Shown: positions 1 through 10,646, counted from the first letter of the stretch. The stretch is DNA of 57,646 bases from an uncultured Alphaproteobacteria bacterium (GCA_902522015.1 CABYTX010000003.1:1-57646); one strand, 5' to 3'. Numbers and translations are program-made. Notes: generated by a model not told the origin, from the letters alone.

Positions 1-1
1 A

Positions 2-1438
2 AAACTATTTGCTGGAGAATTTAATATTCCTGATCCACTAAAACCATTACCAACAACTGGTGGTAATATGCGATGGATTGATAGTGGTGACATGAAAGGT
101 GTCTTTTGGAAAAAATTATTTCCAGAATATGCAGCTTCAAGAGGTATCACTATTGAATATGATGGTTTGCCATGGAAAGAAATAAATAAAATTGTTCCAA
201 TTGCTATAAGAAATGGAACTGTTCATGATGTATTCCAATTACCGATAGGAATGGATCCGGGTGTTGCAGTATCTGAAGGTTGGGTGCAACCATGGGATGA
301 CTACATTGAAAACATCGACGAATGGTTAGGTGCGTTTCCTAGTGGTGTTTATCTTCCTGGTGTCAACCAATTCAATGGAAAGACCTATGGAACATGTTTA
401 ACAGCAAATAAGAGAACGGGAACGTGTCTTCTCTATAGTGAAAAATATATGAGTGAGGCTGGTTATGATCCTCAAGCTGGTCGTATGACATATTCTGAAA
501 TCAGAGATGCTGCTAAAAAAATTACTAAAAATGGTAATGGTCAGTATTATGGTTGGATCATTGGTGGAAACCAAGTTAATCGATGGGAAGATGTTGTCCA
601 TACATTTGGACAAGTAGGTGGAGCACATAGTGGAAGAGGTGGTTTTACAAATAGACATATTAACTTCCAAAATGGTAAATTCCAAATTGCATCTGATCAA
701 TACATGGAAGCAGTTGAATTACTTCTTCAATTAAAATCAGATGGAAGCGCTTTCCCAGGAGTTATGAGTATGAATGCTCCTCAAGCTAGAGCTTTGATGC
801 CACAAGGTGCAGCAGGAATGATATTCCAAGGTCCTTGGTGTATTGGAGTTTGGGGAAGAGATGCTCCAGATTGGAAATATGGTATTGCAAGTGAACCAGT
901 TCCAGATGGAAAAGAAGCACAACCACTTTACATTGCAGAAGGTGGATCAAATACTTTTTGGTTAAGTGCTAATAGTACAATGGGACCATTTGCTGGTGAC
1001 CTGATTAGATTTATGGGAACTGAGCAAGGTCAAATTTACTGGGCTCAGACTGTTGGTGCCGCAGATCCAGCTGTTAATCCAGATGCAGTTGCTAAAGCTG
1101 GTTTAACCGGACCATCAGCACAAGCTTTAGCTATGTTTGCTGAAAACATACTTGTTGGACCTAATCCAATTGTAAGAAATAAAGATGTTGGTATTGTAGC
1201 TGCAAAGTCTAGAGTACCAGATCCTTCTTTGGCTCTAGTTATTCAAGGGTTGTATACTGGACAACTTAAAGGTGTGGAAGCACAGCTTAAAGATTGTAAT
1301 CAAAGGTATGAAGATGCTCTTGATAAAGCTGTTGAAGAGGCAAGAGCAGACGGTGCTAATGTAACTCGTGATGATTGGGTCTTCCCTAATTGGGATGTAT
1401 ACTCAAATTACGGTGCTGAAAAGTATCAAGAACTTTAA
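2..1438 (+). CDS. ABC transporter extracellular solute-binding protein, family 1 (CUT1 sugar type), 5' partial
   Basis: The frame is open from the window edge through the ATG at 68. No signal peptide follows M68, so the N-terminus lies upstream. The W/G/P-rich SBP-like sequence is followed by two MalF/MalG-type permease genes. Confidence 0.85.
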   Translation, partial: KLFAGEFNIPDPLKPLPTTGGNMRWIDSGDMKGVFWKKLFPEYAASRGITIEYDGLPWKEINKIVPIAIRNGTVHDVFQLPIGMDPGVAVSEGWVQPWDDYIENIDEWLGAFPSGVYLPGVNQFNGKTYGTCLTANKRTGTCLLYSEKYMSEAGYDPQAGRMTYSEIRDAAKKITKNGNGQYYGWIIGGNQVNRWEDVVHTFGQVGGAHSGRGGFTNRHINFQNGKFQIASDQYMEAVELLLQLKSDGSAFPGVMSMNAPQARALMPQGAAGMIFQGPWCIGVWGRDAPDWKYGIASEPVPDGKEAQPLYIAEGGSNTFWLSANSTMGPFAGDLIRFMGTEQGQIYWAQTVGAADPAVNPDAVAKAGLTGPSAQALAMFAENILVGPNPIVRNKDVGIVAAKSRVPDPSLALVIQGLYTGQLKGVEAQLKDCNQRYEDALDKAVEEARADGANVTRDDWVFPNWDVYSNYGAEKYQEL

Positions 1439-1450
1439 ACAAAATATCTA

Positions 1451-1480
1451 AAGGCGAATTTTTTAAATTCGCCTTTTTTT
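1451..1480 (+). terminator. Stem-loop with T-tail between the SBP gene and the first permease gene (intra-operon attenuator or terminator)
   Basis: AAGGCGAATTT/AAATTCGCCTT forms a perfect 11-bp stem with a 3-nt loop and is followed by a T7 run. The permease ATG at 1484 comes 3 nt after the T-run. Confidence 0.7.
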
Positions 1481-1483
1481 ACT

Positions 1484-2398
1484 ATGCACAAAAAACCTCT
1501 ATCTAAACAAATATATGATGCAAGATGGTGTTACTTATTTGTTTTACCATGCTCAATTCTTACAGGAATGTTTGTCATTTATCCTATTGGAATGTCTTGG
1601 TATTTTTCTTTATTAGATTGGAGTGGTTTTACAAAAGAAGCAAAATTCATTGGCCTTCAAAATTATTATGAAGCTGTTAATGATGAATTCTTTTGGGATG
1701 CATTCATTCGTTCTTTTATTTTTATGTTTGGAACAGTTCCAGTAAAAATTGTTTTAGGATTTATAATTGCAGTATTTTTAAATAATCAAGTTTTGAAACT
1801 TGCTCCTTTCTTTCGTACTGTAATCTTTATGCCTGTAGTTACTGCAATTGCTATCATTGGTATTGTAATGACTTTTGTATTTAGCCCTTTTAATGGACCT
1901 GCTAATAAATTTTTAATGTCTACTAATTTAACTTCTGCTCCAATTGATTTTCTTGGAAACCCAGATACGGTGCTTCCAACTGTAATGGGAGTGTATGTTT
2001 GGAAATGGCTAGGGATAACTATGATGTATTGGCTTGCTGCTTTACAAACAGTCCCACAAGATGTTTACGATGCCGCAAAAATTGATGGTGCTGAAGGATA
2101 TAGATTATGGATCCATATTATTCTACCTATTGTACTACCTTTTGCTATTGTCATTATTCTTGTTGAGGCAGTTGGAGCGCTAAATGTTTTTCCTTTAATT
2201 GAAACTATGACTGCTGGAGGACCATTCTTTAGTAGTGAAGTTATGGAAATATATATTTTTAGAACAGCTTTTGTAACTGATTCTGGAACAATGCCTAGGC
2301 TTGGATATGCTTGTGCTGCAGGAGTATTTTGGGGTGTTGCTGTTTTATTTATTACAGTTCTTCAGGGATTATGGATGAGGAGAACTCGAAGAATATGA
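1484..2398 (+). CDS. ABC sugar transporter permease (MalF/UgpA-like)
   Basis: Multi-TM protein with an EAA-type loop (DAAKIDGAEGYRLWIHIILP) and operon context. Confidence 0.9.
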   Translation: MHKKPLSKQIYDARWCYLFVLPCSILTGMFVIYPIGMSWYFSLLDWSGFTKEAKFIGLQNYYEAVNDEFFWDAFIRSFIFMFGTVPVKIVLGFIIAVFLNNQVLKLAPFFRTVIFMPVVTAIAIIGIVMTFVFSPFNGPANKFLMSTNLTSAPIDFLGNPDTVLPTVMGVYVWKWLGITMMYWLAALQTVPQDVYDAAKIDGAEGYRLWIHIILPIVLPFAIVIILVEAVGALNVFPLIETMTAGGPFFSSEVMEIYIFRTAFVTDSGTMPRLGYACAAGVFWGVAVLFITVLQGLWMRRTRRI

Positions 2399-3246
2399 GT
2401 AGATACTTAAATTTTATTGCTGAAAAAAACCAAGTTAAATATTTAATTATAACTATAGCTTTTATTATTTTCTCTTTCTTTTGGATCTATCCATTACTGT
2501 GGGTACTTTCAGCCTCTTTCAAAACAGATTTTGAAATTTGGGGAGGCTTAGGTTTAATCCCTGACCGGCTTGTTTGGGAAAATTTTGAAAGAGCATGGTT
2601 TGGTGCAAACATGGGTAGGTATTTTTTTAATACCCTTATTATTACAGTTGTTTCTGTAATTATAGTTGTCGTAACAACTGGTATGTTTGGTTATGTAATT
2701 GGAAGATATTCTTTTCCAGGAAAAAAAATACTTATTGGAATTTTAATTAGTACAATTTTTATTCCTCAAGGTTACACAATTATTCCTGTTTTTGATTTAT
2801 TAAATAATTTAAATATTTCTAAAAACTTAATTGGACTAACACTCGCAACGGCAGGACACACCCCTGTAATTTATATTTTATTATTTGCAGGATATTTTTC
2901 AAGAGTTCCTGTGGAGCTTGAAGAAGCAGCTAAAATGGATGGAGCGGGCTTTGTTCGAACATTTATTTCAATCATGTTACCTTTAACCAAACCAGTAGTA
3001 GCTACAGTTTCTATTCTACAAGTTTTACATGCATGGAATGACTTTTTATTACCAGTCGTTATCACTCTAGGTAATCCTGATATACGAACACTATCCGTAG
3101 GTGTGTACGCTTTTAAAGGCGAATACTTTGTCGATTGGTCTGGTATGGCAGCTGCATCTGTTATAACTATTTTGCCTATAATTATATTGTTTTTGTTTAT
3201 GCAAAAATATTTCGTTGAAGGTGTTCAAGGAGCTGTAAAAGGGTAA
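2395..3246 (+). CDS. ABC sugar transporter permease (MalG/UgpE-like)
   Basis: The ATGA overlap with the upstream stop places the start at 2395 (MSRYLNF...). EAA loop EEAAKMDGAGFVRTFISIMLP is present. The ORF-track start at 2311 would overlap the previous gene by 88 nt. Confidence 0.88.
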   Translation: MSRYLNFIAEKNQVKYLIITIAFIIFSFFWIYPLLWVLSASFKTDFEIWGGLGLIPDRLVWENFERAWFGANMGRYFFNTLIITVVSVIIVVVTTGMFGYVIGRYSFPGKKILIGILISTIFIPQGYTIIPVFDLLNNLNISKNLIGLTLATAGHTPVIYILLFAGYFSRVPVELEEAAKMDGAGFVRTFISIMLPLTKPVVATVSILQVLHAWNDFLLPVVITLGNPDIRTLSVGVYAFKGEYFVDWSGMAAASVITILPIIILFLFMQKYFVEGVQGAVKG

Positions 3247-3248
3247 AG

Positions 3249-4790
3249 ATGAAAAGACCAAATATTTTATTAATAACTTCCGATCAACAGCATCACGATA
3301 CCATTGGAAAATTTAATTCAAAAATACAAACACCGTATTTAGATAAGCTTTGTAATGAAGGAATGAATTTTACAAGAGCTTATTGTCCATCACCAGTTTG
3401 CACACCATCAAGAGCAAGTATTATTACTGGACAATATCCGTCTTCTCATGGAGCTTGGACAATTGGTGTTAAATTAGATGAAGAAGTAGAAACTATTGGA
3501 GAACTTTTATACAAAAATGGTTACTCTACTGGTTTAATTGGTAAAGCGCATTTCCAGCCATTAACTTCAGTTCCAGGTCAGGAATCTATAGAAGGACAAC
3601 CAACTTTAAGAGATTTAGAATTTTGGAAAAATTTTAAAGGACCTTGGTATGGCTTTGAACATATTGAGCTAGCACGTAATCATGCAGATGAAAGTCATGT
3701 AGGTCAACATTATGCAATTTGGATGGAACAAAACGGTCTTAGTGATTGGAAAGAATATTTTCAACCAGTGCCTGGTGAAACTTCTAAATATGCTCCTCCA
3801 ATTGCTCGTGAATATGACTACTGGGCAAGACCGGATAGGGTTTGGAAGTTAGACGAAAAACATCATTACACAAATTGGACAGCCGAAAGATCAATTGAAT
3901 TTTTAGATCAACAAAAAGATGACAAGCCATTTTTTCTTTGGACAAGCTTTCAGGATCCACATCCACCATATGTATTAAGTGAACCATGGGCATCAATGTA
4001 TAATCCAGAAGACATGTCACCTGGAACTTTAAAAGAAGGTGAACACGAATTAAATCCACCACATTTTGGCAAAACACAAACGACAAATCCTGATTTCGAG
4101 AATTGGCATTCACCATTTAACGCTCATGGTTGCATGAGTCATCTGTATCCTATGGAAGAATTAAAAAAAGACATGGCAATTTATTATGGCATGGTTAGTT
4201 TTATGGATAATAATATTGGAAAAATTATTAATAAGTTAGATCAAATGGGTGAACTTGATAATACCATAATTATTTTTACTACTGATCATGGTCACTTTAT
4301 AGGACAGCATGGTTTAATTGCTAAAGGACCTTTCCACTATGAAGATATGCTCCGTTTACCTTTTATTGTTAGATGGCCAGATAAAGTTCCTCAAAATTCA
4401 TCATCTTCATCTTTATTGAGTTTAGTTGATCTTGCGCCAACATTTTTAAAAGTCGCGGGCATTGATATACCAACCCAAATGCAAGGAGTGGATCAAACGG
4501 ATGTATTTTATGGCAACAAGGACAGTATCCGTTCACATATATTTGTTGAAAACAGACATAATCCAAGAATGCCACATTTAAAAACTTACATAAATAATAA
4601 TTATAAAATTTCTATTTACCGAGAAGCTAACTACGGTGAACTTTTTGATTTAGAAAATGATCCAAACGAATATAATAATTTATGGGATAATACAAACGCA
4701 CAAACATTAAAAAAAGATTTATTATTTAAGTTTGCGCAAGCCACATTAAAAGATGAAACATCAAAAATGAAAAGAGTTTCAGGCGCTTAA
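3249..4790 (+). CDS. Sulfatase (Cys-type, formylglycine-dependent family S1), no signal peptide
   Basis: N-terminus is MKRPNILLITSDQQ. FGly motif is CTPSRASIITG, and TTDHG is also present. There is no hydrophobic leader. Confidence 0.92.
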   Translation: MKRPNILLITSDQQHHDTIGKFNSKIQTPYLDKLCNEGMNFTRAYCPSPVCTPSRASIITGQYPSSHGAWTIGVKLDEEVETIGELLYKNGYSTGLIGKAHFQPLTSVPGQESIEGQPTLRDLEFWKNFKGPWYGFEHIELARNHADESHVGQHYAIWMEQNGLSDWKEYFQPVPGETSKYAPPIAREYDYWARPDRVWKLDEKHHYTNWTAERSIEFLDQQKDDKPFFLWTSFQDPHPPYVLSEPWASMYNPEDMSPGTLKEGEHELNPPHFGKTQTTNPDFENWHSPFNAHGCMSHLYPMEELKKDMAIYYGMVSFMDNNIGKIINKLDQMGELDNTIIIFTTDHGHFIGQHGLIAKGPFHYEDMLRLPFIVRWPDKVPQNSSSSSLLSLVDLAPTFLKVAGIDIPTQMQGVDQTDVFYGNKDSIRSHIFVENRHNPRMPHLKTYINNNYKISIYREANYGELFDLENDPNEYNNLWDNTNAQTLKKDLLFKFAQATLKDETSKMKRVSGA

Positions 4791-4806
4791 TTAAGAAAGG
4801 ATAAAG

Positions 4807-6306
4807 ATGAGAATTTTATACGTAGACATAGACTCTTTAAGACCTGATCATTTAGGATGTTATGGTTATCATAGAAACACATCTCCTACGATTGACTCAA
4901 TAGCAAAAGAAGGGGTCAAGTTTACAAATTTTTATTCAACTGACACACCGTGCCTACCTAGTAGAACTGCTTTGTTTGGAGGTAATTTTGGTTTCAAAAC
5001 TGGAGTTGTCAATCATGGCGGCGAATTCTCTGATATTGCTCCTAGAAAAAATATTTGGAATAGAGAATTTAAAGGGGGTTTAAGAGGAGAATATGCTTTT
5101 ACATCTCTTGGAAAAGTTCTTCGAGATGCAGGATATTATACAGCAAGTATCAGTCCTTTCCCTGAAAGACATACAGCTTATCAAGTTTGGTTTGGTTTTA
5201 CCGAAACGTATGACACTGGAAAAGGTGGTTTAGAAAATGCTGATGAAGTCTATCCTGTTATAAAAAAGTGGTTAGAAAATAATGGAGAAAAAGAAAATTG
5301 GTTCTTACATGTAAATATGTGGGATCCTCATACTCCGTATGATACGCCTGAAGACTTTGGAAATCCTTTTAAAGATGATCCTATCGAAGAATGGGTGACA
5401 GAAGAATTAATTCAAAAACAAAGGAATAGTTTCGGACCGCATAGCGCTAGAGAAGTTCCAGGATTTGATGAAGATCTTCGAGGAAAGTATACAATGGGAG
5501 TAGGCGAAATTAAAAATACTTCTGATGCTAAAGAACAAATTGATGCATATGATACTGGAATTAAGTACGCTGATTTTTATTTAAATAAAGTTTTTGAAGA
5601 CTTAAAAAAAATGAACCTTTGGGATGATACAGCAATAATTATTTCAGCAGACCACGGAGAAAATCAAGGCGAGTTAAATGTATGGGGAGATCACCAAACA
5701 GCTGATCATATAACTAATAGAGTCCCATTAATAATTAGATGGCCGGGGATAACAGATACAAATACAGGAAGTACTGTAGAAAATAAATTTTATAATTTAG
5801 ATTTAACTTCAACTATTTCTCAAATTACTTCATCTTCACAACCTGATAGATGGGATGGTATTAATTTCACTGAAAATTTAACTAATAGTAAATCATCAAA
5901 TGGAAGGGATTATTTAGTTATTAGTCATGGTGCTTGGAGTTGTCAAAGATCAGTAAGATGGGATAATTGGTTACTGATAAGAACGTACGACACTGGTTTA
6001 AAAGATTTTCCAAAATATATGCTTTTTGATATTGAAAAGGATCCTCATGAGTTGAATAACCTAGCAGATCAGCATAAAGATCTCGTAGCACATGGAATGT
6101 TTTTAATCGATGAGTGGATTGAAGAAAATATGTATGAGGCTGATAGAGGAGATCCACTTCAAGGTGTAATTAGAGAAGGCGGTCCTCATCATGCAAATAT
6201 TTATTCAAAAGTCTGGAATACATATGTTGAGCGTCTTGAAAAAACAGATAGAAAAAAACACGCTGACAATCTTAGGAAATATAAAGGAAAACCTTTTAGT
6301 AAATAA
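4807..6306 (+). CDS. Sulfatase (Cys-type), no signal peptide
   Basis: N-terminus is MRILYVDIDSLRPDHLG. FGly motif is CLPSRTALFGG, and SADHGE is also present. Confidence 0.9.
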   Translation: MRILYVDIDSLRPDHLGCYGYHRNTSPTIDSIAKEGVKFTNFYSTDTPCLPSRTALFGGNFGFKTGVVNHGGEFSDIAPRKNIWNREFKGGLRGEYAFTSLGKVLRDAGYYTASISPFPERHTAYQVWFGFTETYDTGKGGLENADEVYPVIKKWLENNGEKENWFLHVNMWDPHTPYDTPEDFGNPFKDDPIEEWVTEELIQKQRNSFGPHSAREVPGFDEDLRGKYTMGVGEIKNTSDAKEQIDAYDTGIKYADFYLNKVFEDLKKMNLWDDTAIIISADHGENQGELNVWGDHQTADHITNRVPLIIRWPGITDTNTGSTVENKFYNLDLTSTISQITSSSQPDRWDGINFTENLTNSKSSNGRDYLVISHGAWSCQRSVRWDNWLLIRTYDTGLKDFPKYMLFDIEKDPHELNNLADQHKDLVAHGMFLIDEWIEENMYEADRGDPLQGVIREGGPHHANIYSKVWNTYVERLEKTDRKKHADNLRKYKGKPFSK

Positions 6307-6318
6307 ATCTAAATCATA

Positions 6319-7686
6319 ATGAATATTAAATCTAAACCAAATATTATTGTATTTTTTACTGATCAACAACGTTGGGATACTTCTGGTTTACATGGCAATC
6401 CATTATCCTTGATGGAGAACTTTGATCATTATGCAGTTGAAGGTACACATCTTTATAATTCATTTACATGTCAACCAGTTTGCGGGCCTGCAAGAGCATC
6501 ATTACAATCAGGAATGTATGCAACAAAAACTGGATGTTTTAAAAATAGAATACCTTTAAAAAAAAATATTAAAACTCTTGCAAAATATCTATCAAAAGAA
6601 GGTTATGCCACTGGATATATTGGAAAATGGCATCTCGGCTCTTCTGAACCAGTTAAAAAAGAGGATAGAGGTGGTTATGATTATTGGTTGGGATCAAATC
6701 TATTAGAATTTACTTCTGATGCTTATGAAACATATGTTTATGATGGACAAAATAAAAAAGTATTTCTTCCAGGATATAGAGTTGATGCAATAACTGATGC
6801 AGCTATAAATTTTATAAAACTAAATCAAAAAAAACCATTTTTTCTTTTTGTTTCTCTTATTGAGCCACATCATCAAAATAATTCAGATGATTATCCACCA
6901 CCTATTGGATACAGAGAAAAATATACAGGCAAGTGGTCACCACCAGATCTTTCAACTCTAGTTGGATCTTCTCCTCGCCATTTAGGTGGTTACTATGGAA
7001 TGGTGAAGAGAATAGATGAAGCTTATGGCAGAATGATTGATGTCATCAAAAGTTTAAAATTATTTGATGATAGTGCCATTATTTTTACATCTGATCATGG
7101 AAATAATTTTAAAACACGAAATAGAGAATATAAACGTTCATGTCATGAAAGTTCAATACGAGTTCCTACATCTTTGATTGGAAATGTTTTTCAGCAAGGT
7201 GGACGTATAAAAGAACTTACCAACATTCTAGATATTCATGCAACAATATTAGATTTAGCAAAAGTCAAAAATACTTCTCATTGCGATGGTAGATCAGTAT
7301 TGCCTTTAGTGAATAAAACTTCCAAAAAATGGGATAACGAAATTTTTATCCAAATTAGTGAAAGTCAATTAGCTAGAAGTTTAAGAACTGAAAAATGGAA
7401 ATATTGTATTGCTGATCAAGATTCTAATGGAAGTGACAAACCTTCATCAAATCAATACACAGAAACAAATCTATACGATCTTGATGCTGATCCGTACGAA
7501 TTAAATAACTTAATTGGTATTAGTACTTATGATGAAATAGTAAACTCCTTAAGAAAAAAGATTAAAAGTAAAATTAGAAAAGTTGAAAATATTACAACTA
7601 AAATTACAAAAGCTAAAAATGTAAATAATCCTGGTCAAATGGGATTAAATCCTGATTCTTTTCATAGATTAAAGAAAAAACTTTAA
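6319..7686 (+). CDS. Sulfatase (Cys-type), no signal peptide
   Basis: N-terminus contains PNIIVFFTDQQRWD. FGly motif is CGPARASLQSG. GKWHLG and TSDHG are also present. Confidence 0.92.
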   Translation: MNIKSKPNIIVFFTDQQRWDTSGLHGNPLSLMENFDHYAVEGTHLYNSFTCQPVCGPARASLQSGMYATKTGCFKNRIPLKKNIKTLAKYLSKEGYATGYIGKWHLGSSEPVKKEDRGGYDYWLGSNLLEFTSDAYETYVYDGQNKKVFLPGYRVDAITDAAINFIKLNQKKPFFLFVSLIEPHHQNNSDDYPPPIGYREKYTGKWSPPDLSTLVGSSPRHLGGYYGMVKRIDEAYGRMIDVIKSLKLFDDSAIIFTSDHGNNFKTRNREYKRSCHESSIRVPTSLIGNVFQQGGRIKELTNILDIHATILDLAKVKNTSHCDGRSVLPLVNKTSKKWDNEIFIQISESQLARSLRTEKWKYCIADQDSNGSDKPSSNQYTETNLYDLDADPYELNNLIGISTYDEIVNSLRKKIKSKIRKVENITTKITKAKNVNNPGQMGLNPDSFHRLKKKL

Positions 7687-7716
7687 TAATTTTTTTTTCG
7701 TATTAATCTAATTTTT

Positions 7717-9219
7717 ATGAAAACAGTTTTCCTTTTATTTGATTCATTAAATAAAAGAATGTTAAATTCTTATGGTGGTAAATATATTGAAACACCAAAT
7801 TTTAACCGATTAGCAGAAAAATCAGTTCAATTTAATAATCATTATATTGGAAGTATGCCATGTATGCCCGCAAGACGTGATATGCACTCGGGACGCTTAA
7901 GCTTTTTGCACCGTGCATGGGGTCCTTTAGAACCTTTTGATAATTCATTTCCAGAAATCTTAAGACTTAATAATACATATACTCATCTTGTAACTGATCA
8001 TTATCATTACTTCGAAGATGGTGGTGCAACATATCATAATAGATTTAATTCTTGGGATTTTATTAGAGGACAAGAGAGTGATCCATGGAAAGCTATGGTT
8101 CAACCACCTCTTGAAAAATTGAGAGAAAAATATCATCAATCTCAATTAAATTTAACTGATAGGGAAACAGGTTATTATCATTACGCAATCAATAGTGAGT
8201 TTATTAAAGCAGAAAAAGATTTTCCTTCAGTCAAATGCTTTCAATCTGGATTAGATTTTATTAATATCAATAAAGATGCTGATAACTGGTTTCTTCAATT
8301 GGAAACTTTTGATCCACACGAACCTTTCTTTGCACCTGAACGCTTTAGAGAAAAATTAAAAACTAATTACAAAGGTCCAAGATTAGATTGGCCTCAATAT
8401 GACAGAGTTAAAGAAACAGATGATGAAGTTGCGGAATTAAAAGCCAACTACATTGCTTTAATTGGTTTATGTGATTACTTGTTAGGTACTGTCTTAGATT
8501 ATTTTGATAAAAATAATTTATGGGATGACACTGCATTGATTTTAACTACTGATCATGGCTTTATGCTCGGAGAACATGATTGGTGGGCTAAAAATAGAAT
8601 GCCTTTATATAATGAAATTGCCAATATTCCGTTCTATTTCTATCATCCTGAATTTAAAGATCATTCTGGTGAACAAAGAAATGTTGTAACACAAAATATT
8701 GATCTGATGCCTACGTTTATGACAATGCACGGTCATGATGTTCCTAAAGAAGTAAAAGGTAAGTCCATTTTAAATTTTTTAGATAAAGATAATGAAAATG
8801 ATTATTTTGCTTTGTATGGATATTGGGGCGGTGGAATTAATATCTCTGATGGGAAATATTCGTATTTTCACTATCCTGAAAATTTTGACCAGTATGATAG
8901 AAGTAGATTTCAATATACTTTAATGCCTACAAATATGAGACAATTTTTTTCACATGAAGAGTTACAAACAGCAACTATGCATGAGCCTTTTGATTTTACT
9001 AAGAACATACCAGTAATGAAAGTAAACAGAATACTTCGAAAGACTGATCCTCATAAATCTTTAGAAGATACTAAAAGTGCACTTTATGATTTAAAAAATG
9101 ATCCAGGTCAATTAAGCCCAGTTAATGATATTGCCTTAATGACTAAATATAAAAATATCATGTTGGAAGAAATTAAAACTTATGATCCCCCTGAAGAATT
9201 ATTAAAAAATTATTTCTAA
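7717..9219 (+). CDS. Sulfatase-family hydrolase (Cys-type), no signal peptide
   Basis: N-terminus is MKTVFLLFDSLN. FGly motif is CMPARRDMHSGR, and TTDHG is also present. Confidence 0.85.
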   Translation: MKTVFLLFDSLNKRMLNSYGGKYIETPNFNRLAEKSVQFNNHYIGSMPCMPARRDMHSGRLSFLHRAWGPLEPFDNSFPEILRLNNTYTHLVTDHYHYFEDGGATYHNRFNSWDFIRGQESDPWKAMVQPPLEKLREKYHQSQLNLTDRETGYYHYAINSEFIKAEKDFPSVKCFQSGLDFININKDADNWFLQLETFDPHEPFFAPERFREKLKTNYKGPRLDWPQYDRVKETDDEVAELKANYIALIGLCDYLLGTVLDYFDKNNLWDDTALILTTDHGFMLGEHDWWAKNRMPLYNEIANIPFYFYHPEFKDHSGEQRNVVTQNIDLMPTFMTMHGHDVPKEVKGKSILNFLDKDNENDYFALYGYWGGGINISDGKYSYFHYPENFDQYDRSRFQYTLMPTNMRQFFSHEELQTATMHEPFDFTKNIPVMKVNRILRKTDPHKSLEDTKSALYDLKNDPGQLSPVNDIALMTKYKNIMLEEIKTYDPPEELLKNYF

Positions 9220-9340
9220 AAAATACTAGAAATCCTAGGAAAATATCTTTGTTTTAAAAAAAAATTGCCATTTTAAATTATTGTATAAATTTCTATATCG
9301 GCTAGATTAAATTTATCATTTTAATAATTTGGGAGGAAAA

Positions 9341-10636
9341 ATGAATTTTTTAAAATTTATTACAAAAAAAATTTACTTATTTATTTTCTCATTTTTTTTA
9401 TCATTTGGTTTTATAACAACTAGTTATGCTATTGATATAACAATATGGGATTTAAGTGGTAGAAACGGTCAGGATGAGTTTTATGATAATCTCAATAAAG
9501 AATACAAAAAAATTAATCCTGATGTAAATATTATTCTACAAACATTTGAAAATGAAGCTTACAAAACTCAAATTCAAGTGGCCTTAAATGGTAATGATGG
9601 ACCAGACGTATTCTTTAACTGGTTTGGGGAAGATAGTGCTCGTTTAGCAAGAGCAGGATTAGCATTAGATATAACTCCTTACGCAAATGTTGAAGGTGGA
9701 TATGGTAACTACATTAGTGAAGGATTATCAAACACAACTGCTGTTAATGGTAAAATATATGGAGTACCAAATACTTCAGTCTCAAAATATTTTCACTATG
9801 ACCCTGCTTTTTTTGAAGCAAACAGTTTGGCAGTACCAAAGACATTTGATGACTTATTAAATCTTTGTAGAGATATTAGAGCAATTGATTCATCTATTGT
9901 TCCATGGCCTCTAGGAAACTCAGAAAGATGGAAACTCAATCACGTTATAACTATGTTAAACCAAAGAGTTGTAGGTGAAGAAAATACTGCGGCAGATTAT
10001 AACTTATCTGCATCAGAAGATGAGTTATTCACTAACCCAGCGTATGTTGAGGCTTGGCAAAAAGTTGTAGATCTGCAAGATGCAGGTTGTTTCCAAGATG
10101 CTCCAAATGCTACACATCCAGATCTAACAAGATCAATGTTTGCATCACAAATTTCACCAATGATTTATTGTGGTACATGGTGTGGAGGTATCTTTAATGG
10201 TGAAGGTTTTTCTGACTTTAGCTATTTTAGATTCCCAGAAGTAGTTGGTGGTGCTGGTGCAGCAACTGTAGGTTTCCTTGTTCCATCTGGTATGATGGTA
10301 TCAGCAAAAACCGCACATCCTGAAATTGCAGCACATGTTGCCTCGTTTATGGTTTCAGATGATATGGCATTGCAAGCAGCTGAACTAATGGGTTTCATGC
10401 CTTCTAATCCAACAAAAATTGGCGAAATGAGTAATCCAACTCATTGGTTTAATTTTTATGTTAATGATATTGCAGACAAAACAGGTCACGTAAATGTTTT
10501 GGATGTTTTATTAGAAGCTAATGTTTCAAATGCTTATCTTGATATGGGTACTGAAATTCTAAATAGAACGAAGACTCCACAAGAAGCTATGGATTTTATT
10601 AGGCAGGTTGCTTTAGAAGCTAAAGCAGCGATGTAA
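9341..10636 (+). CDS. ABC transporter solute-binding protein, family 1 (CUT1), with N-terminal signal/anchor
   Basis: ATG at 9341 follows SD GGGAGG (9331-9336). There is a hydrophobic leader ending ...TTSYA. SBP-like sequence is followed by two permease genes. Confidence 0.88.
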   Translation: MNFLKFITKKIYLFIFSFFLSFGFITTSYAIDITIWDLSGRNGQDEFYDNLNKEYKKINPDVNIILQTFENEAYKTQIQVALNGNDGPDVFFNWFGEDSARLARAGLALDITPYANVEGGYGNYISEGLSNTTAVNGKIYGVPNTSVSKYFHYDPAFFEANSLAVPKTFDDLLNLCRDIRAIDSSIVPWPLGNSERWKLNHVITMLNQRVVGEENTAADYNLSASEDELFTNPAYVEAWQKVVDLQDAGCFQDAPNATHPDLTRSMFASQISPMIYCGTWCGGIFNGEGFSDFSYFRFPEVVGGAGAATVGFLVPSGMMVSAKTAHPEIAAHVASFMVSDDMALQAAELMGFMPSNPTKIGEMSNPTHWFNFYVNDIADKTGHVNVLDVLLEANVSNAYLDMGTEILNRTKTPQEAMDFIRQVALEAKAAM

Positions 10637-10646
10637 ATCTTTTATT

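Noticed and set aside
398-700. Antisense or overlapping ORFs in the six-frame track. Examples are 398-700(-), 3784-4116(-), 11091-11384(-), 30852-31130(-), 32334-32615(+), 33428-33754(+), 37648-37917(+), 40579-40836(+), 44651-45049(-), 52595-52894(-), 53093-53575(-) and 56258-56473(+).
   Set aside because: All lie entirely inside well-supported genes on the other strand or in another frame. They have low-complexity or odd composition and no family resemblance, so they are shadow ORFs.
2311-2394. Long N-terminal extensions offered by the ORF track: 2311, 18119, 41286, 33735(-), 52581, 54636, 9329 and 30018.
   Set aside because: The extensions overlap the preceding gene or lack family-like sequence. 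Internal starts coincide with ATGA/TAATG coupling or a good SD and restore typical N-termini or signal peptides.
9220-9328. Promoter hexamers (TTGCCA ... TATAAA) and a small CTAG palindrome in the intergenic region before SBP2.
   Set aside because: The spacing is non-canonical, and AT-rich DNA gives many chance -10-like hexamers. This is not supportable without transcript data.
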